Below, piece after piece: positions 18,413 through 27,327 of a stretch of DNA of 64,000 nt; the first letter of the stretch is position 1; every line of letters begins with the position of its first letter. The position numbers were made by a program, and so were the translations under genes. The stretch is from contig DATFUL010000003.1 in NCBI GenBank assembly GCA_035260845.1, forward strand, positions 11,067 to 75,066, written 5' to 3'. This DNA is from Patescibacteria group bacterium. GTDB lineage: Bacteria > Patescibacteriota > Microgenomatia > UBA8517. The notes below the pieces were generated by a model, which worked only from the letters and a program-made list of their open reading frames with translations, ran no database searches and was not told where the DNA came from.

Positions 18413-20614
18413 CTAAAAATTAATTAACTGGACTTCCCTTTCTAATTTTATATTAAACTTTTTATAAACGTCTTCTTTAATTTTTTCTGAAAGTTCCAAT
18501 ACTTCCTTTGCACTAGCATTTCCGCTTTTATTAACCAATATTAGAGCGTGTTTTGAAGATACCGCAGCAGATTTGTAAGATTTTCCTTTCCACCCCGACT
18601 GCTCAACTAACCAAGCTGCCGATATCTTAAATTTATCTTCAAAAGGAAATGTACTAAACCCAGGAAATTTCGATTCTAGTTTTTCTTTTTCAGATAAACT
18701 GATTATTGGATTTTTGAAGAACGAACCCGCATTTCCAATTTCTTTTGGATCCTCCAATTTATCTTTCCTTACCTGTAAAACTGCATCTCTGATTTCTAAA
18801 AGTGTTGGATTCTCTTTTGAAATGTATTTTTTAAGTGAGTCATAAGTTACTTTTCCAAATTTGTTTTTAGAAAGCTGAAGAGTGATGTTGCATATTACAT
18901 ACTTTTGCCAAAAATCCTTTTTCTTAAAAACACTTTCTCTATAGCCAAAATCACAATCTTGATTATTGAAAGTTATAAATTTTTCATTTTGAATATCGTA
19001 GGCTTCTAGGCTAACGAAGGTGTCTTTTAATTCGACTCCATAAGCACCAATATTTTGAATTGGGGCGGCCCCGACTGTTCCAGGAATCCCAGAAAGAGCC
19101 TCAATACCTTGAAGATTTTTATTAACTGCTTCATTAACCAAAGTATCCCAGTTAACACCCGCTTCAGCAGTTACCTCACCCGATTCTCTAAATTCAACAT
19201 TTTTCCCAACATACTTTAAAACAGCTCCATCGAAGTTTTTATCCGAAACTAAAATATCAGTCCCGTCTCCCAATACAAATAGAGGTAGTTTTTCCTTTTT
19301 TATGAGTTTAACTGCACTTTCTAATTCCTCTTTGCCTGTTATCTTGATATATTTTTTAATTTGTCCACCAATTCTAAAAGCAGTTACCTCCGAAAACTTT
19401 ACCGGAATAAGCTCAGAGATTTGCCTTGCCCATAAATAACTTTTACCCGCGCCCATTACAAGAACAACGTCACCCGGTTTTAATTCCTTAGATAAAATAT
19501 TTTTAATTTCTTCAAAAGATTCATACCCAATAGCTTCAGATTTTTCTGAGACTTTGGCAATCAGCGCCGGGGTAATACCAAAGGTTTCAGCGTCGCGTGC
19601 TTTAAAAATAGGTCCAATCAAAACTTTGTCGGCAGCATCAAAAACATTTTTATAGTTGGAAAGCAAAGCTTTGGTTCTAGCAAAACCATGGGCTTCAACA
19701 ATTGCCCAGATTCTATTTTTGGGATATTTTTCTCTTACACCCAGCAGGGTGGTAGCAATTGCAGTTGGATGGTGGGCGTAGTCATCATATATTTTAATAT
19801 CATTATTATCAGAAATTAACTCCATCCTGCGACTAATTCCATTAAATTCCTCTATCGATTTTATAATTTTATCATCGGAAATACTTAATGCTTTACCCAA
19901 AAGAAAAACCATGTTTGCATTTTTTTGATTATGTTTTCCAAAAACTTTTAAATTAAATTCCCTATTCAAACTATCTTTTTCTGTAATCAATATCTTTTGT
20001 CCTGTTAGGTTTTTTATGAATTTATTAAAACTTTCTTGAACCTCTTCTTTGTTTTTAAAAAAATCAGGGTGATCAAATTCAATATTATTAATAATGGCTA
20101 TATCAGGTTTATAGTTTAAAAAGTTATTATTAAATTCATCGGCTTCAACAACTGCATATTCCCCATTTCCAAACCTAGAATTGCTATTCCACTCAGGGAC
20201 TATTGCTCCAAGAACCACAATTGGGTCAAAACCGTTATCGATTAGAAGCTTGGCCGCCATCGCGGTTGTAGTCGACTTTCCATGCGTGCCAGCAATGCAA
20301 ATTAGTTTTTTATCCTTTAATAAAATTTTTCCTAAAAACTCCTGCCACGTGATTAATTTATTTTGTTTTTGTGCTTCGGTTATTTCTGGGTTGTTACTAT
20401 TTTGATAAATGACTGCAGGGCTAACTACTACCAAGTCGGCATCTTTTATATGTGTAGCGCTATGCCCTTTTAGAATATTCTTGCCATAGGCGGTCGAGTC
20501 TTCCAGGTCGCAACCTGAAACCATATATCCCATCCTTTCAGATAGTTGTGAAACTCCAAACAGGCCGCTTCCGCCAATACCAACAAAATGTACTCGTTTA
20601 ATTTTTGTATGCAT
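18413..20614 (-). CDS. murC/murB: Fusion protein: MurC (UDP-MurNAc:L-Ala ligase, about residues 1-460) joined to MurB (UDP-N-acetylenolpyruvoylglucosamine reductase, about residues 470-733)
   Basis: N-terminal half: VHFVGIGGSGLFGV and P-loop IAGTHGKSTTTAMAAKLL (MurC). C-terminal half: FRIGGQIKKYIKI...GVNWDTLVNEAVNKNLQGIEALSGIPGTVGAAPIQNIGAYGVELKD and KNAGSFFKNP (MurB FAD-binding and substrate domains). One uninterrupted 733-aa ORF. Confidence 0.85.
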   Translation of the reverse strand: MHTKIKRVHFVGIGGSGLFGVSQLSERMGYMVSGCDLEDSTAYGKNILKGHSATHIKDADLVVVSPAVIYQNSNNPEITEAQKQNKLITWQEFLGKILLKDKKLICIAGTHGKSTTTAMAAKLLIDNGFDPIVVLGAIVPEWNSNSRFGNGEYAVVEADEFNNNFLNYKPDIAIINNIEFDHPDFFKNKEEVQESFNKFIKNLTGQKILITEKDSLNREFNLKVFGKHNQKNANMVFLLGKALSISDDKIIKSIEEFNGISRRMELISDNNDIKIYDDYAHHPTAIATTLLGVREKYPKNRIWAIVEAHGFARTKALLSNYKNVFDAADKVLIGPIFKARDAETFGITPALIAKVSEKSEAIGYESFEEIKNILSKELKPGDVVLVMGAGKSYLWARQISELIPVKFSEVTAFRIGGQIKKYIKITGKEELESAVKLIKKEKLPLFVLGDGTDILVSDKNFDGAVLKYVGKNVEFRESGEVTAEAGVNWDTLVNEAVNKNLQGIEALSGIPGTVGAAPIQNIGAYGVELKDTFVSLEAYDIQNEKFITFNNQDCDFGYRESVFKKKDFWQKYVICNITLQLSKNKFGKVTYDSLKKYISKENPTLLEIRDAVLQVRKDKLEDPKEIGNAGSFFKNPIISLSEKEKLESKFPGFSTFPFEDKFKISAAWLVEQSGWKGKSYKSAAVSSKHALILVNKSGNASAKEVLELSEKIKEDVYKKFNIKLEREVQLINF

Positions 20615-22589
20615 TTAATTTAACTTCCATTTTCTGTTTTGCTTTTTCAAGTTCTTCTCTAGTATTGACGCCCTGCCATTCATCAGTATTTGGAAGTTTG
20701 ACGGCATCCACTTTTTTATCTTGATCTATAGCCATTTTAATAAGTTCGACAAGATAATATTCACCGGAAACAGGACTTTTAGAGACATTTTTCAGATTTT
20801 TCTCTAGCCAATTTCGATTAAAAATATATAGTCCATCGTTTACTTCTTTAATTTCCCTTTCCTCATCTGTTGCGTCTTTTTCTTCTATAATACTTACCAG
20901 GTTTCCGTTTTTATCCCTGACTATTCTACCCAAACCACGGGGATCATCCTTAACCAGCGTAATAAATGTCAAAACAGACCCTGATCTTTTATGGCTTTCG
21001 AGTACTTTAGATATTGTTTTTGGCGTATAAAAAGCAGTGTCATCGCCATAAAGAATCATCACATTATTGGATTTTTTTGATAGAATCGACATTCCACTCG
21101 CTGCAGCATCAGCGGTTCCACCTTTCGGATTCTTTTGAATTGCAATTTTGATTGGGCCTAAAATCACCTTTTCTATCTGATTTCTTCTAAAAGATAAAAC
21201 TGTAATAACTTCCCCAACCTTAGCATTTCTCAAATTTTCAATGCTATAAGAAATCATGGGCCTTCCACAAATTTCATGAAGAATTTTTGGAATATTCGAA
21301 TGCATTCTCGAACCCTTTCCTCCAGCTAATATAATTGCAGAAATGCTATCATCTTTTTCCAAATAATTTTTAATTATTTCTTGATCACTCCATGGATGCT
21401 CCCAACCTTTGAATGCCATACTCGTTTCATGCCCCTTACCTAAGATTGCAACGGTATCGCCGTTTTTGGCAATCGATAACGCATACGCAATTGCCTCACC
21501 GCGTTCCGGTATACAAACAAAATTCTTTGCATCCTTTTTCATTAATCTAAAAATATCTGTCAAATTTTCGCTTCTTGGATCCTCAGCTGTAAAGATTGAA
21601 AAGTCAGCCAGTTGCTCTGAAATTTTGCCCATTTTTCGGCGTTTTTTATGATCCCGCTCTCCGGCGCACCCAAAAACTGCAATAAGTTTTCCTTTGGTTT
21701 CTGTACGTAAATGTTTTAAAACTGCCTCTAGAGAATCTGGTGTATGAGCAAAGTCAACAAAAATTTTTAGCCCTCTTGAGTTCTTGATTTCTTCCAGTCT
21801 TCCTTTTGGTAATGTAAAAGAATCAATTGATCTAATTGCTTGAGAATTGGTGACCCCTAGTATTTCAGATACTTTAATAGCAGCTTCAAGGTTCAAGTTA
21901 TTAAATTTACCAGGAAGTATATTTAACTTTGTGTCTTTTGGTGCGACAACTGAGATTTTTGCAGATTTCAAAAAAGACATCTTAACCCTTTTATATTCCT
22001 TAAAAGTCTTGTGATAATCCAAGTGTTCCGGGGCAATGTTGGTTAAAACCCCAATTTCAAATTTAACTCCCGAGACCCTTTTTTGATCAATTCCATGTGA
22101 ACTAACTTCAATTACAGCGTATTTACATCCAGAGTCTACCATCTCACCCAGGAATTTATGAAGCGATACTACATCGGGGCTAGTAATGTGAAAGCCCGTA
22201 TCGATCTCCCGCTCTCCTATCTTGGCTACAATTGACGAAATAAGACCAGTTTTTTTACCTGAGGCATTAAGAATATGATAAATGAGATGTGAGGTTGTAG
22301 TTTTACCTTTAGTTCCCGTTACTCCAATAATTTTAATTTTCTGGCTTGGATTACCGTAAAATTCAGATGCATACTGCCCAAGAGCCTTCCTTGAATCTGG
22401 AACTTGAATATATTCCACTTCAGCAGGTAACTTTAGATCTTTTTCTCCAACAACTATTTTTGCTCCATTCTTTATAGCTTCTTTAATGTAATCATGCCCA
22501 TCAGAAGTGAGACCGGTAACAGCTACAAACATAAAGCCGTTCCTGACAGATCTGGAATCAGAAGTTATACCTTCAAATTTATGCATCTT
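20598..22589 (-). CDS. murE: Fusion protein: MurE (UDP-MurNAc-L-Ala-D-Glu:diamino-acid ligase, about 440 aa) joined to a GlmU-type N-acetylglucosamine-1-phosphate uridylyltransferase domain (about 230 aa; no acetyltransferase left-handed beta-helix (LbH) domain)
   Basis: MurE part: EGITSDSRSV..GFMFVAVTG..DGHDY, P-loop GVTGTKGKTTTSHLI, DFAHTPDSL, TAEDPRSE (the DNPR-type motif with Arg retained). C-terminal part: AIILAGGKGSRMHSNIPKILHEI, ILYGDD, GLGRIVRDKNGNLVSIIEEKDATDEEREIKEVNDGLYIF, GEYYLVELI. This tracks the E. coli GlmU pyrophosphorylase domain nearly motif for motif. The start is chosen at M (MHKFEGITSDSR) to avoid an 80-nt overlap with murA. Confidence 0.8.
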   Translation of the reverse strand, partial: KMHKFEGITSDSRSVRNGFMFVAVTGLTSDGHDYIKEAIKNGAKIVVGEKDLKLPAEVEYIQVPDSRKALGQYASEFYGNPSQKIKIIGVTGTKGKTTTSHLIYHILNASGKKTGLISSIVAKIGEREIDTGFHITSPDVVSLHKFLGEMVDSGCKYAVIEVSSHGIDQKRVSGVKFEIGVLTNIAPEHLDYHKTFKEYKRVKMSFLKSAKISVVAPKDTKLNILPGKFNNLNLEAAIKVSEILGVTNSQAIRSIDSFTLPKGRLEEIKNSRGLKIFVDFAHTPDSLEAVLKHLRTETKGKLIAVFGCAGERDHKKRRKMGKISEQLADFSIFTAEDPRSENLTDIFRLMKKDAKNFVCIPERGEAIAYALSIAKNGDTVAILGKGHETSMAFKGWEHPWSDQEIIKNYLEKDDSISAIILAGGKGSRMHSNIPKILHEICGRPMISYSIENLRNAKVGEVITVLSFRRNQIEKVILGPIKIAIQKNPKGGTADAAASGMSILSKKSNNVMILYGDDTAFYTPKTISKVLESHKRSGSVLTFITLVKDDPRGLGRIVRDKNGNLVSIIEEKDATDEEREIKEVNDGLYIFNRNWLEKNLKNVSKSPVSGEYYLVELIKMAIDQDKKVDAVKLPNTDEWQGVNTREELEKAKQKMEVKLNAYKN

Positions 22590-23874
22590 CGTCTGCTCTT
22601 TTAATCTCCGCGCCGAGCGAGACAAAGCGGCTTTGAATATTCTCGTAACCTCGCTCAACCATTTCTATATTTTCTATCTCACTTCTTCCATTGGCAATAA
22701 GCGCCGCAAGAATAACAGAAATACCAGCTCTTATATCTTTACAAAACAATCTATCACTCATAAGTGGGGTTGGGCCGCTTACAACGACTCTGTGTGGGTC
22801 AGCAATAAAGATATTCGCTCCCATAGAAATAAGATCGTCTACAAAAAACATTCTCCATTCATACATCCAATCATGGCAAAGCACTGTTCCTTCGGTTTGT
22901 GTAGCTAAAACTATGAATGGGCTCATTAGGTCGGTTGGAAATCCTGGCCAAGGACGAGTCTGAAACTTGCGCCTGGAAGCTACCAGTTTTGATGGTAATA
23001 CTCTTAGTGAATTCTTACCGACTTCAAATTTAACGCCCATGTTACTTAAATAACTTAATATCATTGAATAATCTTCTGGAACAAAGTCAGTTATTTCGAT
23101 ATTGCCTCCTGTAATTGCTGAGGCTATGGCAAATGTACCACCTTCAATGTGATCTGGTGAAACTTTATATTCAGCTCCACCGAGAGAAGATTTGCCAGAA
23201 ATAGTTATAGTATTAGTGCCACTACCGTTTATTTTTGCTCCAATTTTAGTTAAATAATTGGCTAAATCGCTAACATGGGGTTCTGTAGCTGCATCTTCAA
23301 TAATTGTAGACTCAGGAAGAGATGAGGCCAACATTAACCCCATTTCGGTAGCAGTAACTGAAGTTTCTTCTAAAAAGATTTTGGAAGCTTTTGGCCTTTT
23401 CCACTCCAAAAAGAACCTGCCATCTTTACGGGTTATTTCAACACCCATCTTCTGCATTAGAGAAAAATGAGTGTCCAAGAGTCTTTCTCCAATTTGGTCA
23501 CCTCCGGGTGGGGTAATTATTGCTTTACCAAACTTAACAAGAAGAGGTGCCGCAAGAACAACTGAAGCCCTAAATTTAGAGCATAAATCAGGGTCTGGAT
23601 CGAATGAATTTAAAGTGGAAGGGTCAATACTAAGCACATGGTCTTTGTACTCAACTTTTGCCCCAAGACTGGCAACAAGCTCAACCATAATCGAGACATC
23701 GGAAATATTAGGCACGTTTGTCAAAACTGACGGAGAGTTGCCCAAAAGGGTAGCTGGAATTAGCTTCAAAGCTGAATTCTTATTGCCTGAAAGCTTAACT
23801 GTCCCCTCTAATTTATTTCCTCCTGTAACAATGAATTTGGACATACTAGCGTATATTGTACCATTTTTGGTCAA
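22579..23874 (-). CDS. murA: UDP-N-acetylglucosamine 1-carboxyvinyltransferase MurA
   Basis: N-terminal FIVTGGNKLEGTVKLSGNKNSAL (the MurA/EPSP-synthase fold start), 431 aa, inverse alpha/beta repeats. The true start may be the internal MSKFIV (23844). Confidence 0.85.
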   Translation of the reverse strand: MTKNGTIYASMSKFIVTGGNKLEGTVKLSGNKNSALKLIPATLLGNSPSVLTNVPNISDVSIMVELVASLGAKVEYKDHVLSIDPSTLNSFDPDPDLCSKFRASVVLAAPLLVKFGKAIITPPGGDQIGERLLDTHFSLMQKMGVEITRKDGRFFLEWKRPKASKIFLEETSVTATEMGLMLASSLPESTIIEDAATEPHVSDLANYLTKIGAKINGSGTNTITISGKSSLGGAEYKVSPDHIEGGTFAIASAITGGNIEITDFVPEDYSMILSYLSNMGVKFEVGKNSLRVLPSKLVASRRKFQTRPWPGFPTDLMSPFIVLATQTEGTVLCHDWMYEWRMFFVDDLISMGANIFIADPHRVVVSGPTPLMSDRLFCKDIRAGISVILAALIANGRSEIENIEMVERGYENIQSRFVSLGAEIKRADEDA

Positions 23875-23899
23875 AAAACGGCCAAATTAACCATATAGA

Positions 23900-25609
23900 T
23901 TAAGGGTCTGGCTGAACTCCTAAATATGGAAAAAGGTCGCGGGCAATTGCATACCATAAAGGGGCCGCGGTTTCTGCCGCCCACGGTGAAGTTTGGGGAG
24001 ACTGAAGAGTTACAAGCATTACAAATTTTGGATTTGTGACAGGCGCAAAACCAATAAAAGAATGATTTGTATTGGTTAGATCGTAGTGCCCGGCCACGGG
24101 AATTTGTGCAGTACCAGTTTTTGCAGCAACTGTAAAACCAGGAATCTTCGTCCACTTGGCTTCACCTAAATTTGCAGCATCAGCCATCATTTGAGCAATT
24201 TCCTGAGCTGTATTCTCACTAATTACTCTGGTTGAGGCGGGTGGATCTATTTTTTCGCGCCAATCATCTCCCCTAATCTCGGTAACCACATGGGGACTAG
24301 GTAAGTACCCTCCATTTGCGATAGCAGAAACCGCGCGAACCATTTGAATACCTGTAACGGCAATTCCTTGCCCAAAAGTGGTTGTGTCTAAGTCTACGTT
24401 GCTCCAAGTACCCTTTTTTCTTATTGGAGGGGCGGCCTCTCCTTGTAAATCAATTCCACTTAGAACCCCTATTCCAAATTTGTGTAGATAATCATACAGT
24501 GAGTCTGCGCCCATTTTTTGCCCAACAAAACTCATACCCACGTTGTCTGAATCTACGATAACATCGGTCATTGTTGAGTCTGCCTTGTACTTATTATTCC
24601 AAGTTTTAATTTGATATCCATCCACATTAATAGGCCCACCACAGATATCGCATTTTGTATCCGGCTTTACAACACCAGAATCAATACCAGCAGCCATCAC
24701 CAAAACCTTAAAGATTGAACCTGGTTCGAACGAGTTAGAAATGACAGGATTTCTAAATACGTCATTGCCATAATCTTGATATTTTTGAGGGTCAAAGGCG
24801 GGATATGAAGCCATCCCAAGTATGGCACCGGTATGAGGATCCATTATCGTAACGCCGCCGCTTTTAGCACCATATTTTAGAACCCCAGCTTCAAGATTCT
24901 TTTCAATTGAGAGCTGTATTCTTTTATCTATACTTGTAACTATATCCACTCCATTAATTGCATTCACCTCTTTATTCCCTCCCAAAAGGATTGGGGTACC
25001 CCTAGCGTCTTTTTCCTGACCCATAAAGCCTGGTTTTCCGCTTAAAGGCAGATTGTAATAGCCTTCCAGACCAAAATATCCCAGATTATTACCATCTTCA
25101 TTTTTACCAACAAAACCAAGAAGCTGTGCTGCGGATGATGCTTCAGGATAAAACCTGCCTTCTTGTTCTACAAAACTTAGTCCAGTTATACCCAAAGCTT
25201 CAATGTTTTTCTTAATATCATCTGAGACCTTTTGAGCAAGCAAAACCCAAGAAGTAGATGGTTTTGATAATAAATTAAAAATTCTTTGTGTTTCAGCAGA
25301 GACTGAAGCTATATTTTCCGAGTCTTCCACTAAAAATGGTGCCAATCTTTTAGAAACAGTTAATTTATCTGCCATTTGTTTTGGGTTTGCCGTTATTTGC
25401 CAAACATTATTTCTTATTACCCAAAAACTACCATCTGACGCCAAAATGTTTCCGCGGGGTGCTGAGGTTATTGTTGATGAATCGTATTGGCCATGCGCTT
25501 TTTGGGAGAGAGATGCACCCATTACTACCTGCCAATGAAATAATCTAATAATTAACCCTAAAAAAAGCAAAAAGAAGACGATTAGAAGCGTCCGTATTTT
25601 TACATTCAT
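23900..25609 (-). CDS. ftsI: Class B penicillin-binding protein (FtsI-type transpeptidase)
   Basis: N-terminal TM; transpeptidase motifs SIFK (SxxK), SDN (VDSDNVG), KTGTA; a dimerisation domain upstream; dcw position after ftsL. Confidence 0.85.
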   Translation of the reverse strand: MNVKIRTLLIVFFLLFLGLIIRLFHWQVVMGASLSQKAHGQYDSSTITSAPRGNILASDGSFWVIRNNVWQITANPKQMADKLTVSKRLAPFLVEDSENIASVSAETQRIFNLLSKPSTSWVLLAQKVSDDIKKNIEALGITGLSFVEQEGRFYPEASSAAQLLGFVGKNEDGNNLGYFGLEGYYNLPLSGKPGFMGQEKDARGTPILLGGNKEVNAINGVDIVTSIDKRIQLSIEKNLEAGVLKYGAKSGGVTIMDPHTGAILGMASYPAFDPQKYQDYGNDVFRNPVISNSFEPGSIFKVLVMAAGIDSGVVKPDTKCDICGGPINVDGYQIKTWNNKYKADSTMTDVIVDSDNVGMSFVGQKMGADSLYDYLHKFGIGVLSGIDLQGEAAPPIRKKGTWSNVDLDTTTFGQGIAVTGIQMVRAVSAIANGGYLPSPHVVTEIRGDDWREKIDPPASTRVISENTAQEIAQMMADAANLGEAKWTKIPGFTVAAKTGTAQIPVAGHYDLTNTNHSFIGFAPVTNPKFVMLVTLQSPQTSPWAAETAAPLWYAIARDLFPYLGVQPDP

Positions 25610-25611
25610 TA

Positions 25612-25929
25612 TTAAGGTAATCTCGCAACAGGAATTCTACCTGAAACATAAACCAAATTACTAACTTTAGTAAATCCCATTTCGATACTTTTTTCCTGAA
25701 GCGAATTAACAGACAAGTTCTCCACCAATTGTGTCTCCAACTCTCTTTGTTGTACTAAAAGAGCCGATTCCTTGTTTTGAATTCCAGCAACTTCCGCTCC
25801 GGTTGAAGCAGATTGAATAGTCATAAATATCGAAAGAACTGCCAATACTCCACAGATACCTGAGAGCAAATAAACTCTCAAGCTTTTTAGATTTATCTTA
25901 CTATCAACTTTAATTTTATTTCTTGTCAT
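25612..25929 (-). CDS. ftsL: FtsL-like small bitopic division protein (position-based call)
   Basis: 105 aa, single TM (LLSGICGVLAVLSIFMTI) followed by a coiled-coil-like segment. It sits between rsmH and ftsI, the conserved ftsL slot. Confidence 0.5.
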   Translation of the reverse strand: MTRNKIKVDSKINLKSLRVYLLSGICGVLAVLSIFMTIQSASTGAEVAGIQNKESALLVQQRELETQLVENLSVNSLQEKSIEMGFTKVSNLVYVSGRIPVARLP

Positions 25930-25930
25930 A

Positions 25931-26854
25931 TTATGTTCTTTGCAAAATTCTCATTTTAGCGCTTCTTGAGCGCGGGTTAGTGTTAACTTCTAATTCGGTT
26001 GGTGCAACATATTCACCTTTTTTATCAAAAAATTCTTTGACAATATCTTCCTCCCGAGAATGAAAAGTAATCACTACTAAATATCCATTCTTTTCTAAAA
26101 GCTTGTAAGCTTTCGGAAGTGTGTTCCTTAAATTATCAAGCTCACTATTGACTGCAATTCTTAAAGCTAAAAAGGGTAGGGTTGCTTCATTTAATGCAAC
26201 CTTGCCTGTTTTTAAACCCCTACAGATTTCCAAAAAATCGGAAACTGTTTTTATTGGTTTATCTTCTCTAACTGCCAAAATCCTGCTACTTAGCCATCTA
26301 GAAGGACCAGGCTCCATTGTTACTTTAAATAAGTCTACTAATTGGTCTAGCCTTAAAGCATTTAATAAATCAGATGCTTTAACTCCTTGTGACTCGCGAT
26401 TTAACCGCATATCAAGTTCAGTATCGGATGTTCCAAAAGAAAAACCACGGGTACTATCGGTTAAATGCAAATTAGATACCCCTAAATCGAATAATATTCC
26501 TGAAACTTCATTAAACCCATTTTCTTGAGCGATTCTATCGATATCTGTAAAATTTCCGTTAACTAATTTACAATTTCCGCTTTCTATATATGATTTGAGT
26601 CTATTTTCGGCAATCTTCAGCATTTCTGAATCTGCTTCAATTGCCAGAACTTGCCCGTTAGCTTTTAAAATCGCTTCAGTATGTCCGCCAGTTCCAAGTG
26701 TTGCGTCAATATATTTGGCTTGATTTTTAATGTGCAATTCTCTTACTACTTCGTTAACCATTACGCTCTCGTGGTAAGCAGAGCTTGCCACTCTTATACC
26801 ATCGTGGTAAGCAGAGCTTGCCACTCCCATAGCATTGTGGTAGATGTTTGTCAT
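25931..26854 (-). CDS. rsmH: 16S rRNA (cytosine1402-N4)-methyltransferase RsmH/MraW. It has an atypical 32-aa N-terminal extension containing an 11-aa tandem repeat.
   Basis: SAM motif YIDATLGTGGHTEAIL, LVNGNF...DLGVS, C-terminal region conserved. The ATG overlaps the mraZ TGA (ATGA). The canonical RsmH N-terminus aligns from the internal MVNEVV (about 26758). Confidence 0.85.
   Translation of the reverse strand: MTNIYHNAMGVASSAYHDGIRVASSAYHESVMVNEVVRELHIKNQAKYIDATLGTGGHTEAILKANGQVLAIEADSEMLKIAENRLKSYIESGNCKLVNGNFTDIDRIAQENGFNEVSGILFDLGVSNLHLTDSTRGFSFGTSDTELDMRLNRESQGVKASDLLNALRLDQLVDLFKVTMEPGPSRWLSSRILAVREDKPIKTVSDFLEICRGLKTGKVALNEATLPFLALRIAVNSELDNLRNTLPKAYKLLEKNGYLVVITFHSREEDIVKEFFDKKGEYVAPTELEVNTNPRSRSAKMRILQRT
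26768..26833. repeat. 33-bp tandem duplication. The 23-nt core gtggtaagcagagcttgccactc is identical at 26771-26793 and 26804-26826, with a partial third copy near 26834-26843. Each core is an imperfect 9-bp palindrome (GTGGTAAGC-aga-GCTTGCCAC).
   Basis: Read directly in the sequence at the mraZ/rsmH junction. In frame within the annotated rsmH 5' end (VASSAYHDGIR / VASSAYHESVM). Confidence 0.8.
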
Positions 26855-27282
26855 TTTTTCTTCGCTAATTCGTCTATATATTTAGCTGCATCCTTTACCA
26901 CTTCTTTTTCTTTAATATCCCAAGCTGTTTTGTCCCAAATCTCAATTTTTTCTCCGAGTCCTATAAAATAAACTTCTTCTACTACTTTTGAATAATCAAA
27001 TAGTGGCTGTGGAATTACAATTCTGCCTTGATCGTCCGGAAAGACTTCGTAGGCTGAACCTAATACAAATCTTTCAGTGTCTCTGATTGGCGTAATTATT
27101 AATTCCTGTCCACCAGTTAACCTTTTATAAAGTGCATCCCAACCTTCTTTACCTACTAATACCAAACAACCTTCGTACCATCTTGCCAATATGTAAGTTT
27201 CTCCAAGCTGGGCTCTGAAGGGCGCTGGAACTGCTATACGATGACCGGAGACCACTTTTGTTTGATAAGTTCCTAAAAGCAT
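26851..27282 (-). CDS. mraZ: Transcriptional regulator MraZ
   Basis: 143 aa with the duplicated MraZ/SpoVT-AbrB-type fold; GHRIAVPAPFR and GRIVIPQPLFDY repeats (DXXXR-like boxes). First gene of the dcw cluster. Confidence 0.85.
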   Translation of the reverse strand: MLLGTYQTKVVSGHRIAVPAPFRAQLGETYILARWYEGCLVLVGKEGWDALYKRLTGGQELIITPIRDTERFVLGSAYEVFPDDQGRIVIPQPLFDYSKVVEEVYFIGLGEKIEIWDKTAWDIKEKEVVKDAAKYIDELAKKK

Positions 27283-27327
27283 GTGGATATATGTTTAGCA
27301 TGGGCAGCTATTGGTGTGATGTAGTTA

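Noticed and set aside
22590-22658. 23-aa N-terminal extension of the murE ORF overlapping the murA 3' end by 80 nt
   Set aside because: The MurE N-terminal homology begins at MHKFEGITSDSR. Using that ATG places the start 10 nt after the murA stop.
23871-24155. 94-aa Cys-rich ORF on the minus strand inside ftsI in another frame
   Set aside because: Wholly contained within the strongly supported ftsI CDS. Its composition is typical of an out-of-frame artefact.
26768-26843. Possible miniature CRISPR array (repeat-spacer-repeat)
   Set aside because: Only two full copies, a 33-bp period with about 10-bp spacers, located inside an operon junction and in frame with rsmH. No cas genes and no leader. 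It is a simple tandem duplication.
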